DNA of 64,000 nt from Lama guanicoe (lineage: Eukaryota). Position 1 is the first letter of the stretch; each line of letters starts with the position of its first letter. Under the pieces are notes generated by a model. The model was not told where the DNA came from. It saw only the letters and a list, made by a program, of their open reading frames with translations, and did no database searches. The stretch is from positions 3,336,927 through 3,400,926 of the forward strand of contig MU053513.1 of assembly GCA_013239625.1 (NCBI GenBank). Reading direction: 5' to 3'. Below are positions 29,821 through 41,929 of the stretch, piece by piece. A program made the position numbers and the translations under genes.

Positions 29821-30597
29821 CTAAATTCAAAAAAATTAAATATCAGTTCTTAAAAATTCAGAATTATGCAATGTTGTATTAACCCCTATAATTGCTATTA
29901 AACGTCATCTGATAATGATTCTTTAATACTACAAATTATGACATTTAATAACATTACTAACAATCTTGTACTAAAATATAAGGTAAAGTGCTTGCTAATA
30001 TGGCTTCTGCTTATACAAGTTCACTGTGACTACTTTTGCTAAATCATGAACTACCTTCTAATTTTGAAATACACCAGGTATATTTACTTTATGTAGTAAT
30101 TATGAGACCTCTTTTTCTCTGTTAATTTCTTCAGTGAAGCTCTCTCCTCCCACACAATTGGTGTAAAAACTTGCAGGCTCATTTGGATTCAATTCCTTGT
30201 GTAGGTACTTACCTATGATATAAGGTATTACCTGTTTTACAGGGTTGTCATAAAATTTGAAAGAATGTAAATAAACAGCCTAGCACAGTGTTTTGGCACA
30301 TAGAAGTTTTTAAAAATGTATATATACTAGGTCTCTTTTCTCCTCTTCCCCTCCATTTCCAAGGTAACTCTCTATCTTGATTCTCCTTAAACTACTTCTT
30401 TTTAGTTTCCTTTGCCAGGTCCTTTTTCCTCTGTCTGCCCCTTAACTGTTGGCATTCCAAGGTTCAACAGTTTTTTTCACTTTCTCTCACAAATCAAAAC
30501 TGTACACTTTCTCTGGACATGGTTTCTGTTAATATCTATTTCCTGGCAACTCTCAAACCTTCATGTACAGCTTTAACTCCTCTCCTACACTGTAAGT

Positions 30598-31055
30598 CAC
30601 AAGTCAACAAACTTTTAAATAAAGGACTGGACGGTAGATATTTTAGACTCTGTGGGCCATGCCATCTGTCACCATTACTCAACTCTGACACTATCACAGG
30701 AAAACAGCCATAGACAATGAGTAAGTGAAGGAACAGGGCTGTGTTTCAATAAAACTCTACTTCTGGAAACTGAAATCTGAATTTCATATAATCTTCATGT
30801 CACAAAATATTATTCTTTTATTTTTTCAACCCTTTAAAAATGCAAAAACCTTTTTATGGTCTATATCTGCATTATTCAATATAGTAGCTACTTGCCACAT
30901 GTGGCTATTTATATTAAATAAAAGTTAAAATTCAGTTCTTTAGTCACACTAACCACATTTCAAATGTTCAAAAGCTACTTTAGCCTAGTGGCTACTATAT
31001 TCATTCGACAGCACAGATATGGAATATTTCTACTATCATCACAGAAAGCTCTATC
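30598..31055. mobile_element. Adjacent hAT MITEs: MER58-like (30598-30855) and MER3-like (30860-31055), within L2 remnants
   Basis: GCAGCCATAGACAAT-like and GGCTGTGTTTCAATAAAACT (MER58); GCCACATGTGGCTAT and CCACATTTCAAATG (MER3). Confidence 0.7.
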
Positions 31056-33099
31056 TAGGTCCCTATATCTAACTACTCTTTGGATGTAAACCTTTAGATA
31101 TTTTCCCAGAACTTTTAAATGTCCCAGCGTGAACTCATTACCTTTCCCTCAAAATTTATTTTTCTTCACTACCAGTAATGGTCAATTGTACTATCTTGCA
31201 CCCTGTCACATAAGACATAAACTTAGGAGTCATTCTTAATTCCTTTCATCAATCGAAACATCCAGTTGGTGACCAAATCTCGCAATTTTTTTTTTTTACT
31301 ATCACTAAAATTTCTCTCCATCTTCACTCCTCCTACACCATTTTAAGCCTGTATCTTGTTTGAGCCTTTCTCAAAAGCCTCCTCATTGTTCTTGCCTTCA
31401 GTATTATGCCTCTCTAATCCATTCTTCACATCATTACCAGTGATCTTTCTGAAAAAGAAATTCCACCATATGACTCCCTTTCATACAATTTCTCAGTGAC
31501 TCACCATATCTACCATAAAATAAAATCTAACTTCTTTGTACGGGTCCCAGGAGGATTCAATGACACATTCAAAGTAGAATAATTTGAGAAGAGTTTGATA
31601 AAGGCCAATATTTACAAAGATGTATACAGGGTATCATCATAAAGAAACATGCAGAACCAAGACAAAGTAGATTCCATTACCATCCTGAGACTTAAAGGAA
31701 CTAAGGGAGTGGTTGCTAGAAACTAGAGACAGAAAGGGCTGTTTCTTACTCTCATGTTACTTTTAGACTCTAAGCCCCTTCTTGAAATTTATTTGTCTTA
31801 GTTCTCCTCCAATTTCCTTGACCTCTGTTTTGCTGTATTTTCTTTTCCTTCTCTCCTCTGGCTTCAAATTCATGTAAAGCCCAAGTTTCTTAGCCCTAGA
31901 TCCATATATTCAACTGCCTTAATATGAATATATGGATACCCCAGAGGTTCTTCATACTCAACATGTCCATTACAAAACTCGTCATTTTTCCTCTAAGTTG
32001 CTTCTCCTACAAAATTCCCTTTACCAAGAAATGGTACTACCATCTACCCACTCACCAAAGCCAGAGACCCATTTTTGGAACGGCAGACAAAACCTATTTG
32101 ACTCCCAGACTGAATTCCTGCAAGTACTCCAAGTTAATCTACATCGAAAAGAAATAGTATATCAGATCACCCTTCTGCTCTAGCCTTATTTGCAGTCTGC
32201 AAACATGATATGCTGTATCATACTTTTCCTGTGTCTTTGCACATCTTCCTTTCTTAAAAATGCACTCTGGTTTTTTCTCCTCGTTTCCTTTAGCTGACAT
32301 TCTTTGTCTCATTTGTCCTTCAATACTAGTTCAAGTTGAACTTCCTTTGCAAAATTTCTTTTGCCACTTTTGCTCCCCTTATTACATACCTCAGGATCTG
32401 TAAATACCTCAAATATAATCCTTAAAAATTATATTTATTGACTTTTGAGTCTTCCATAATGAGCCATAAGTTCCTTGAGAATATTATTCTCTGAATAATT
32501 ATTATTAACATTTAATTTACAGAATGTTATTCTTTTGTCCCCATCTTACATAGTGAGACAAGCCCCAAAACAGATGAAATAGCTATCTTAGGAGCTGAGA
32601 ATAATATGCTATATCATACTTCTGTGCCTTTGCACTTGTCTTTCTTATAAAAAAAAAACTAATAATTTGGGAACTAACAAAACTGAGCATACTTCTCTGG
32701 AAGGTAGGAGAAAAACAGGAGAGTAGAATTAAGGAGGCCAATTTAAGAGTGTTCAAAAGAAGCCTGGTCAAGAATAAAAATACAGTGGAAAGGTCACTGA
32801 AAAGTGACCACTGGATTTGGCATGTTTACCACCGAGTTGCAACGCTACGTGGAAAAAATGGTGGTTTTGCCATGGAGAGTGAACGAATAAAAACATGCAT
32901 CTTGTCTTGAGGAACATTTTTCATACTAAACATATGATTCAACTGAACTAGATGAAATGTTAAATTTAGCCTATTTTCATGGCATCCTGGAAAGGGTGAG
33001 AGACTTAAGCTCAGGAGCCAAGACGTTCACCACTCCTGTAACCAAACTCATGCACAAATCCAGTCATCAGTCATATACAGACAGGGAGGAGGGATGTTA

Positions 33100-33780
33100 T
33101 TGAGCCGGCCTCAGAACTCAGCCATCTGCCATCGCAGCCTTGTAACAAAACCAATCCGAATTAGAGTGCAGCCCTTTAATCACGCAAACCCCGCATATTC
33201 CCAAAGCGGCTGTGCTCATCTCCGACCACCTCTACTGAAAGTTCTCTATGGTAAACACCAACCGCGGCTCCCTGAACCTCCGGGATTCACCCAGCCACTC
33301 CTTGCCTTGAGCGGGCCGGGCGCCTGGCGGGTGCTGAGGGAGACTGCTGCTGCTGCTCCGGTCGCCCGCGGCTCCCGACGTGCCTGGAGGCGTGGACCCA
33401 GACGGCTGGGCTGAAGGGCGGCTCTGGGGCGTCTCCTGGAGTCCTAAGTTGCAGCGGGGACCCTGTGACCGAGCCTCCGCCAATGCAGAGGCGGAAGGCG
33501 AGGGTGGTGACATCTCAGGCCGCAGCATCCTCACAGACTCTCAGAAACAAGTACGAGAGTTCTGAGCGCCACTTCGTGTAGCTGAAGAATCGAAGCAACG
33601 CGGGAAAGAGCGGGAACCCGAGGCGCATGCGCACTGACGCACAGCAGAGCGCAGGCGCAGTCCCAGCTTTCCTCACCTACTCAGCTCCCTGACCTCCCAA
33701 ACCCAACTCCCGGTCTACACAGGGGCTACACAGGTACGTGTACTCTCCGCAGGCCCAGTAACCTCCCGCAGAGTTTGGTT
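33100..33780 (-). promoter_or_regulatory. MSH4: MSH4 CpG-rich promoter / first exon region
   Basis: Local GC/CpG rise in an AT-rich background; E2F-type TTTCCCGC (33600-33607, minus) and TTCCCGC (33610-33616, minus); NRF1 palindrome GCGCATGCGC (33623-33632) and variant GCGCAGGCGCA (33649-33659). Confidence 0.8.
33306..33528 (-). CDS. MSH4: MSH4 (MutS homolog 4, meiotic MutS-gamma subunit) exon 1, coding part
   Basis: ATG at 33528 (AGGATGC); [39 protein letters not shown]...ARPAQ, in a CpG-rich region; ends phase 1 at AAG|GCAAGG (GC donor inferred from collinearity with exon 2). Confidence 0.9.
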
Positions 33781-34841
33781 ATAAGATTAATCTGCATCAG
33801 CCTCAAAGAATCTAGGGCCCATCAACAATCAGCCAACTTAGTATACCCATTACTCACAATGCACCCTATTTCCCTTATCACAAGGGGTTTGGTGCTAACA
33901 TTTCTGACGCACCTTCAAATACACTAGATTCTTTTCAATTACAAATTGTCCGTCACTGTGCATCCAGTGCCTGTGACAGTGGAAACAAATTTAATGCTCA
34001 CATTGGTACAAACCATCTTAACATTGGCCTCGTTGCTAAAGAGAGGTCGTTAGCCCCTTACAGTTTAAATATCCGGATACAAGGCTATTATCACTGCAAG
34101 ACTGCACTCACCCAGAAAGCACAGGGATAGTCCACAGTACAGTAGGAACCAGAATCTCTTGCGCAGTTTAGAAGTTTCCAACCTCTCAATTTTTAGTACT
34201 ATGGCTTCACACCATAAAAATCACCCACATGCAATGACGATGGTCCTCAAAACTCCAACTGCCAATGATGCCATTTAAATAAAATTATGTTCCATCCAAT
34301 GACTTTCAAATTTTCAGAAATACTGGCAATTCAACTCAAACTCTGATTCAAAGTAGTCAACTGTCAAAACAAGCTAGACATTTCAATCTCATCACCATTC
34401 ATGTGTAGAATTATTCTTAAAATGACTTACACGGGGTATTGCAAACATGCTTGTGAAAATTTCAACTTCCATCGAGAAAAATGTTCATGAAAATACTTTA
34501 TATTCACCAAGAATGTAAGCTGTGTTTATTTTAGTCTTTCTGAAAATAAAGGTAGAAAACATGGCAACTATCAACTATTCCCTTACTGGGTGGGAGAATA
34601 AGCCAACATCCTTTGGCATTGACGTAAAATGTTAAAAAGTGGGAATAGATGAGTTCAGACTGCAGTTCTAGTCTAAAATGGTGAACTGTCACCTAAATTA
34701 TGACCAATTCAGCAACCACAAACCTATGAAATATTCCCAAATTCCAACAGCCATTTATTTGCACCTTTTGATTCGTATGAGGTTCATCAAGTTTTATCAG
34801 TTAACATTCTCATTAACACAGACCGATTTACATTAACTGTA

Positions 34842-34847
34842 TTTATT
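34842..34847 (-). terminator. RABGGTB: Candidate RABGGTB polyadenylation signal AATAAA
   Basis: AATAAA about 350 nt after the stop, followed by GGTCTGTGTT; other AATAAA at 35060-35065 and 34754-34759, so the site used is uncertain. Confidence 0.5.
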
Positions 34848-35194
34848 TATATATAACATGAAGGGAGTACATGGAAAATTCAGACTGAACAAAGACTTCA
34901 GCTAAACAGAGTTCAACTAAGCTGTTAAGGAGAGATATAAATTTACAAATACAATGAAGCATAAACAAAATATTGTACTGAGAATAACAGCATTCCTGAA
35001 GAAAACAAAGCTTAAGATACAATAAAGGTTTTTTTTTACAATATGTATAATTACAATAATTTATTAAAATTAATTGACACAATTCATTTACAAAATATTA
35101 ACACAGTAGTCATCAAGTTTGCTAAGCACTTCAAATACCAAAACATTAAGATGGCAAACTATACTATGCAACTTTTGCATCGAGGGATTTAAAT

Positions 35195-35335
<141 letters not shown>

Positions 35336-35565
35336 CTATTAAAAAAAAATGATTTGTAGAGAATTACAGAATGAAAACTTCTAAAACTCTGCTTGGTATA
35401 ACAATGTTAATAATGGAGCCCACTGTATTTACTTCCTTTACTTCAAGGTATGCTTAATGTTTCCTGAAATAAAGATACGTTCAAATTGTGGGTTTTAAAC
35501 ACAGGACCTGGTCTACACTCTCATTTCTTGGCAATAAGTAACCAAAATTTCTGTAATTTGTTTTA

Positions 35566-35748
<183 letters not shown>

Positions 35749-36422
35749 CTAGGAGGAAAAAGCCAATAAATGTTGCCACAATTTTATTTACTAATCAAAA
35801 TACTAGGAGGGGGAGAGGGGAAATCGCAATATACCAACAATGAGCGTTTGAAACACTGAAATCCAGAAATACAACTACTTAGGATTAAAGATGATCACTG
35901 GAAAAGACCAAACACTTCATTCCACAGAAATCCAGGTTAAATGTTTCAGTTTCAGTACTCAGTGACAACCATCCATCTACCTAATTTCTATCTGCAATGA
36001 ATATGCCCATATCAGGCCCTTATCCAAGAGGCTGGCAGTAAGGCTCATGAAACCTATGGTGATATCTTGCTCCATTGCCCTCGGTAGAGCATTTTCAACA
36101 AGCACCCCTCAAAATATGTAACTTAAGAAATACAGAAGACCCCACCTTAGACTAAGTAAGACTCTTCATTTCCACAAGATCCCTGGGTGATTCAAAGCCA
36201 TGTTAAAAACTGTCCTAGATTCTGAAGTGCAGGTTCCTAGCAATCCCCACATCCATCCATTTTCTTCTAATTCTTGAAAGTTGCCCAGGTTTTTCATTAG
36301 ATCTTAATAAATCACTTGTGGTTATTTCCCTACCAATTAACTTACTCAGAAATATCAAGTAAGCAAAATTAAAAATACAATGACGCAGATAAAAGCATCA
36401 ACATGCCCTATTTTATTTCAGG

Positions 36423-36665
36423 TCAGGGGCTCAGCAGCCTACAGCCCTTCAGTCAAATCTAGACTTGATTTTTAAACAGTTTTGTGACAGAAAAACAGTA
36501 CGAAGTTTGTATGTGTGTACAGTAACTTTAATGGAGCATAACCATGCCCATTTGTTTAATGTCTATGTCAGCATTTGCTCTTCAGGACAGTTGTGTAGCT
36601 GCAACAAGACCATATGTCCTACAAAGCTAAAATATTTACCATCTGGTCTTTACAGACCCAACTGT
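36423..36665. mobile_element. MER58-like hAT MITE in RABGGTB intron 7 (another at about 51903-52120 in ACADM intron 8)
   Basis: CAGGGGCTCAGCAGCCTACAGCCC ... AAAGCTAAAATATTTACCATCTGGTCTTTACAGA. Confidence 0.65.
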
Positions 36666-37290
36666 GAGAGCAAGTGTGAGAGAAAAGTTGGGATTTTCCT
36701 TGAAGTAATAAAATTAAGATTTTAAGTGAAGATGTACGCAATTAAAAAAAAATCTCTTTGATTTGGCTAATTCTGTACTTTAGTGGACATGGATTTATCT
36801 GTACATGATGCAAGTGACCTTTGATTCACAGATATAAAGCTTTAATGCATAACCGATCCCTTAGTATAAGTCCAGAACTAAAAGGTTTGTAGAAATAGCT
36901 TCATTTCAAAATGCCTGAAAAATACAAGACCTTCAGAAGGATGGGGAGAAAGACCCTTTAAGAATTCATACTATAAATACAAATATTTTAAAGCCACGAG
37001 TATTTGCTGTTTTTATATTCTCCTCTAGATAACTCCAGAGTCTAAAATTTCAGGGTAAAAAAGACCAAGAGACATAGATCTGTCATTAAGGAGAATCAAA
37101 CGGTACCATGCAATCTTTCCATGAGTGTCCTTTAAAGGAACACCAGAGTTAATAAGCATTTCAACTCCAGTTGTTTTACTTTTGCCAAGAGAATCTTTTA
37201 GGAGGTAGGCTGAAAAATTGCAATGGAGGAAGGTAAAGAGCTCGATATCAATTAACAGTATCAAAAAAATCTAAGACAAAGTGGTGCTCA

Positions 37291-37452
<162 letters not shown>

Positions 37453-37950
37453 CTAAAATTACAGACATAAAGTACATGTGTATAATAGTTTTTCGATAGT
37501 AACACAGTGATAAAAACTACTTAGATTGTCAAAGTTCTATTTTATGTCTAAAAGCTTGCTGACAGTGAACACTAAGAATTGTAAATGTGTAAACACCACA
37601 TAATTATTTGAATAAATCCCAACATACTATTACTAGGATCCAACTCTGCAATGAAATACCATTGTCAAAATTTCTTCATGGCTAGAAGCAAACCTTGACA
37701 ATTATGTATGCAACCAAACAGGTGTCTGGGATAGGTAGGGACAATAGTTTTCACATTTGCTTAGTTAAAAACTAATGGAAAATCAAAATGCATTTTTGCT
37801 AATTACAAAACTGTTTGCCTGGGTCACAGGGTTTCACCAACAGGAGACTATACAAAGCAAACAACTGTAAAATTGCCTTCCTCAGTAAGCAACACTTAAG
37901 TAACATTCCTTCTAACATTAACTTCAATTAAAATTAACTTTATAAATTAC

Positions 37951-38061
37951 CTGCCCAGCATGAGATTCAGAACCTGGCCTGCAACCAAATCCACCATCAA
38001 AGTTCATACACGATAAAACAAATTCAATTGCCTTTTCCACATTAATAGCATCCAGCTTCCC
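37951..38061 (-). CDS. RABGGTB: RABGGTB exon 6
   Basis: [44 protein letters not shown]| ... CAG|GTAATT; 111 nt. Confidence 0.97.
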
Positions 38062-38144
38062 CTGTAAACAGAATAAAACATGCCTATTAAATTCCAGAAT
38101 GATCACGTATGCTCAATCATTCCAATACGATATTTCAAACTTAC

Positions 38145-38197
38145 CAACAAGGCCAAAGTTGCTACCGCACAAAAAGAGAATCTTGTATCAATTTCTC
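38145..38197 (-). CDS. RABGGTB: RABGGTB exon 5
   Basis: GEIDTRFSFCAVATLALL; TTTTAG| ... TTG|GTAAGT; 53 nt; followed by an 83-nt intron. Confidence 0.96.
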
Positions 38198-39038
38198 CTA
38201 AAAATAAAGGGATCACACCAAAACATTACTTGTTATCAGAGGCTTCTGATCATATTATACAGTACAATTAAAAGACAACCTGTACAACTACCACAGTTAA
38301 ATTTCTAAGACTTAACATGTACTTTTAGGTCACCAGGAGAAAAGCTAAATCAAATCTTAAGGGTCATCACTTTACTTCTAAGTAAACTAAGAGCTAGAAA
38401 AATGCTGTCAAAAATATAGCGAATAATCTTAGGCTGCTTACAGAGTGCCCAAAAAGGGAAAGTAACAAAAACCAAAGGACCAGCCAGTCAATTTCTAAGA
38501 ATGACAATACACTTACCCTATTACATATAGATTTTCACATCCCATGAAGCAGCTGGTCTCTCCGGCCTGCACTGTATTCAGCCCTAAAGCAGAGATATCT
38601 ACGTTTATCACTACATTAACACTCTTCCTTCCCTCCCTCCACTCAAATATTCAGTAAGTTTGTAAAGTTTTTTTAAAAAATATTTTCCCCCTTGCATGTA
38701 GTTTAAAAACTTTACAAAGCCACCAAATATTGGGGGAAAATTTTCACCTACCTTATCTTTTAGACTGGCCCTCTCTGTGCCAGTACTCCTGTATGCTGAC
38801 ATAACTAGCACAGTGCATGCTGGAACTTCCAGCAGACCGTTAACTCCAGTTAGACCAGCTGCTTAGTGGGACCTGAAAAGACGAAAAACTTAAAAATTCT
38901 CCTTACAAATTATTAGCAAAGCCCCCAAAATTCATTGTACTTTAAAATCTTCAAAAAAGCTTATTACTATAATAAACACCAAAACAGGACATTTAAATAT
39001 TGGTATTTTTTGGGTGTCATGAATTAAAGTGAAATTAC

Positions 39039-39144
39039 CCCAAATATCTCCAGCAAAAGAACCATCTTCTTTCTGTAGACTTTGAACATATTCCACAACT
39101 TTATTTACATCAATGACATTAATACTATCATACAGAGTAAGAAT
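39039..39144 (-). CDS. RABGGTB: RABGGTB exon 4
   Basis: [41 protein letters not shown]| ... GGG|GTAATT; 106 nt. Confidence 0.97.
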
Positions 39145-39477
39145 CTGTAACAAAAACAAACCATGGTAAGTACCTCTTCACACTGCTAAGTTGTTCTAAT
39201 GATATTCAACTACCTGCTGTCAAGCAAGCATGTCCATGTCTATGCATATTGTGAACTTTTCTCAAACATGCATACTATCCATCCTATACTACGCAACAGA
39301 ACTACAGGTATTACCAACAAACACAAACCTTTAATCACAAAGCACTGTTTTCTTACGTATAAACTGTGACTCAGCCTCCAAGATTCACATACTTAGACTT
39401 AAGCTCTTTTTTGTGGATCCTCACTTACATTAAAATTCCACTTAGTGATTTTCAAATATAAACATTTTACCATCCAA

Positions 39478-39547
39478 GGTCTCAGGGTAATTTCAGGATT
39501 TTCATCAGCTTTGGATTCAGCTAATACATGCCATCACATCATTGACC
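39478..39547 (-). ncRNA. SNORD45B: Box C/D snoRNA U45B (RABGGTB intron 3)
   Basis: GGTCAATGATG...GGCATGTATTAG-CTGA...TGATGA...AATTACC-CTGAGACC; C/D'/C'/D boxes, terminal stem CAAGGTC/GACCTTG, guide complementary to 18S rRNA CUAAUACAUGCC. Confidence 0.92.
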
Positions 39548-39669
39548 TTGTAGAAGAGACTTCACTTGAAAAGATGTAGGCGACCTTTTAACATAGATAC
39601 TGACCTTTATCAGCTTCAATTTCTCCCCTCAGGTAAGAGAATACACTACACCAAGATGGCCCAATTTTA

Positions 39670-39897
<228 letters not shown>

Positions 39898-40637
39898 TTA
39901 ATGTGCAGGTTTGAATTGATGCCAAGTTAAAGAGACTGAACACACGAAGTTAAACGGCCATATTCTTACTATTTCACTTGATCCTAACACCATTAGTATT
40001 ACGTTTAAATTTGTGGCTCTAAAATGGCAGGGCGGGGATGGGGGGTGCACTACCTAAGCATATATTAAACTCATCTGTGATATAACTAAGGCTTTAATCT
40101 CTCCAAAAGAGCCAACCAAAACATTTTAAAGCATAACTACTTAACCAAATTGGCTACAGTATGAAAAATAAAATAGCTTAACAAAGGTTAATAAAGGAGA
40201 CATAAAAAGTGGTATGAAGGCCATTAAATTTTGCATCACTAATCCATTATATCTTAAAAAGTTTTAAATTGGGTGGGAAGACATAATAATTTGCTGTGAA
40301 TCCAAATTCAGGGTTTCAAAAATTGGCAGTTGAGCACTAGATAAAAAGGCAGGGGGGAAAAAAAAATCAAGCCCTAACCATTTAGTCATCCAAGGAAAAA
40401 AATAAACACAGCCCTAACAACATCACAGCCACAAAGTTATGGGAATCTAACACTTAATTCAAGAACTCATCAACACTACGTGTTTTCCAACACGGTAAAC
40501 AATTCAGCTCTTTGGATACTACAGGTGAAAACATTTATTTCCACTTAAGTTCATTAATTTCTTCTACAATTGTCCCAGAGAGGAAAATTGGGGCAACTAT
40601 TCTTCAAAGTTTCAAACTTAAGGTAAAACTTTTTCAA

Positions 40638-40719
40638 GGCCTCAGCGTAATTCTAGAGCTTCAAGTGATACTACACATCACAGTAAATTCAGGTAATACA
40701 TGCCAACACATCATTGACC
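40638..40719 (-). ncRNA. SNORD45A: Box C/D snoRNA U45A (RABGGTB intron 2)
   Basis: GGTCAATGATGTGTTGGCATGTATTAC-CTGA...GTGATG...AGCTCTAGAATTACG-CTGAGGCC; two 18S guides; extended stem TTTCAAGG/CCTTGAAA. Confidence 0.93.
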
Positions 40720-40981
40720 TTGAAAGCACTACCCGAACAACAAACACAAAACACAGAAATATATTCCACACCTCAAAATCCTTACAAACCTGGACAATGT
40801 CCAGGAAACTACTTTGTCTGCCAAAGCCTCTAATTAAGTATTGGTAAGAGCCATAGTTAATTCTGAAGGCTCCTCAAACATATATATCCAAGGGTACATT
40901 CACTTTATTCACGTCAAGGACAACTTCAGTCCTTGTCGTGCAAGAGTGATATACCATTTTTAAGAAACATGGACCTGCTTA

Positions 40982-41149
<168 letters not shown>

Positions 41150-41343
41150 TCACAACAAAAAAGTTATTTCATAAATGTTTATCGTTTAATGTTTGGCCCC
41201 AGAGCATATATTCAAACACACGTCTGAACTTTACTTTGATTTCATCTTGCCATTAAAAAAACCTTCCATTTAAAAATTGCCTAGTCTCTGACCAAAAAGA
41301 AACTTAGGCACTAAGGCCCTCATAAAGATTCAGGTATTTTTCA

Positions 41344-41420
41344 GGTCTCAGAGTAATTCTAGAGCTAAAGTAGTAATAATCAACTTTAGATTCAGAATAC
41401 ATGCCAGCTCATCATCGACC
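41344..41420 (-). ncRNA. SNORD45C: Box C/D snoRNA U45C (RABGGTB intron 1)
   Basis: GGTCGATGATGAGCTGGCATGTATT-CTGAATCTAAAGTTGATTATTACTACTTTAGCTCTAGAATTACT-CTGAGACC; C/D boxes, GGTC/GACC stem, two 18S guides. Confidence 0.93.
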
Positions 41421-41929
41421 CAAAAATTTATTACCTGCATCTGTCGCTGCTTATCTTTCACTTAAAGAGCTAAGTAAAATAAACACTGAATATCAAAGTT
41501 TGCCAATTCAGGACAACTTACGATTTACATGTGGCAGAAAACAAGCTTAAGTATAATGAAAATTAGCAATCCCGTAATTTGCAGTTAAATTCTTTAATAA
41601 AGTTTTATTAATCTTAGAAACTCAAATTTCCAAGCATCTTCTACGCATCCCTCAAAAAAGTTAATCAAACAAGCAGTCCCTTTAGCGTCATCTTCAGCTT
41701 TTGTCTTAGCTCCTGGATTTGCAACAAGCCCCCACGTGATGAGGACGCTGCTCTAGTTCTCCACATTTCTTAACTAGATCTTTGTAATTGTGACTACATT
41801 TTATTCACTTTAAGTAGGTCAAGATGATTACCATAACATTAAGTAGTGAATTTCCTTCATAGCCCATTAAAATTTACTAGGTCTTCAATGAGACCATTTC
41901 AGTGACTTTGAGCCATCAAATATATATAT

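Noticed and set aside
33094..33565. Plus-strand ORFs (106 aa and 61 aa) antisense to MSH4 exon 1
   Set aside because: Expected by-product of a GC-rich, stop-poor region; no recognisable domain or splice structure.
40512..40847. 111-aa plus-strand ORF overlapping SNORD45A
   Set aside because: Non-ATG start, antisense to the host, no recognisable homology.
41730..41760. Plus-strand GTGATGA (box C-like) overlapping CACGTG in RABGGTB intron 1
   Set aside because: Antisense to the host gene, with no matching D box or terminal stem; not a fourth snoRNA.
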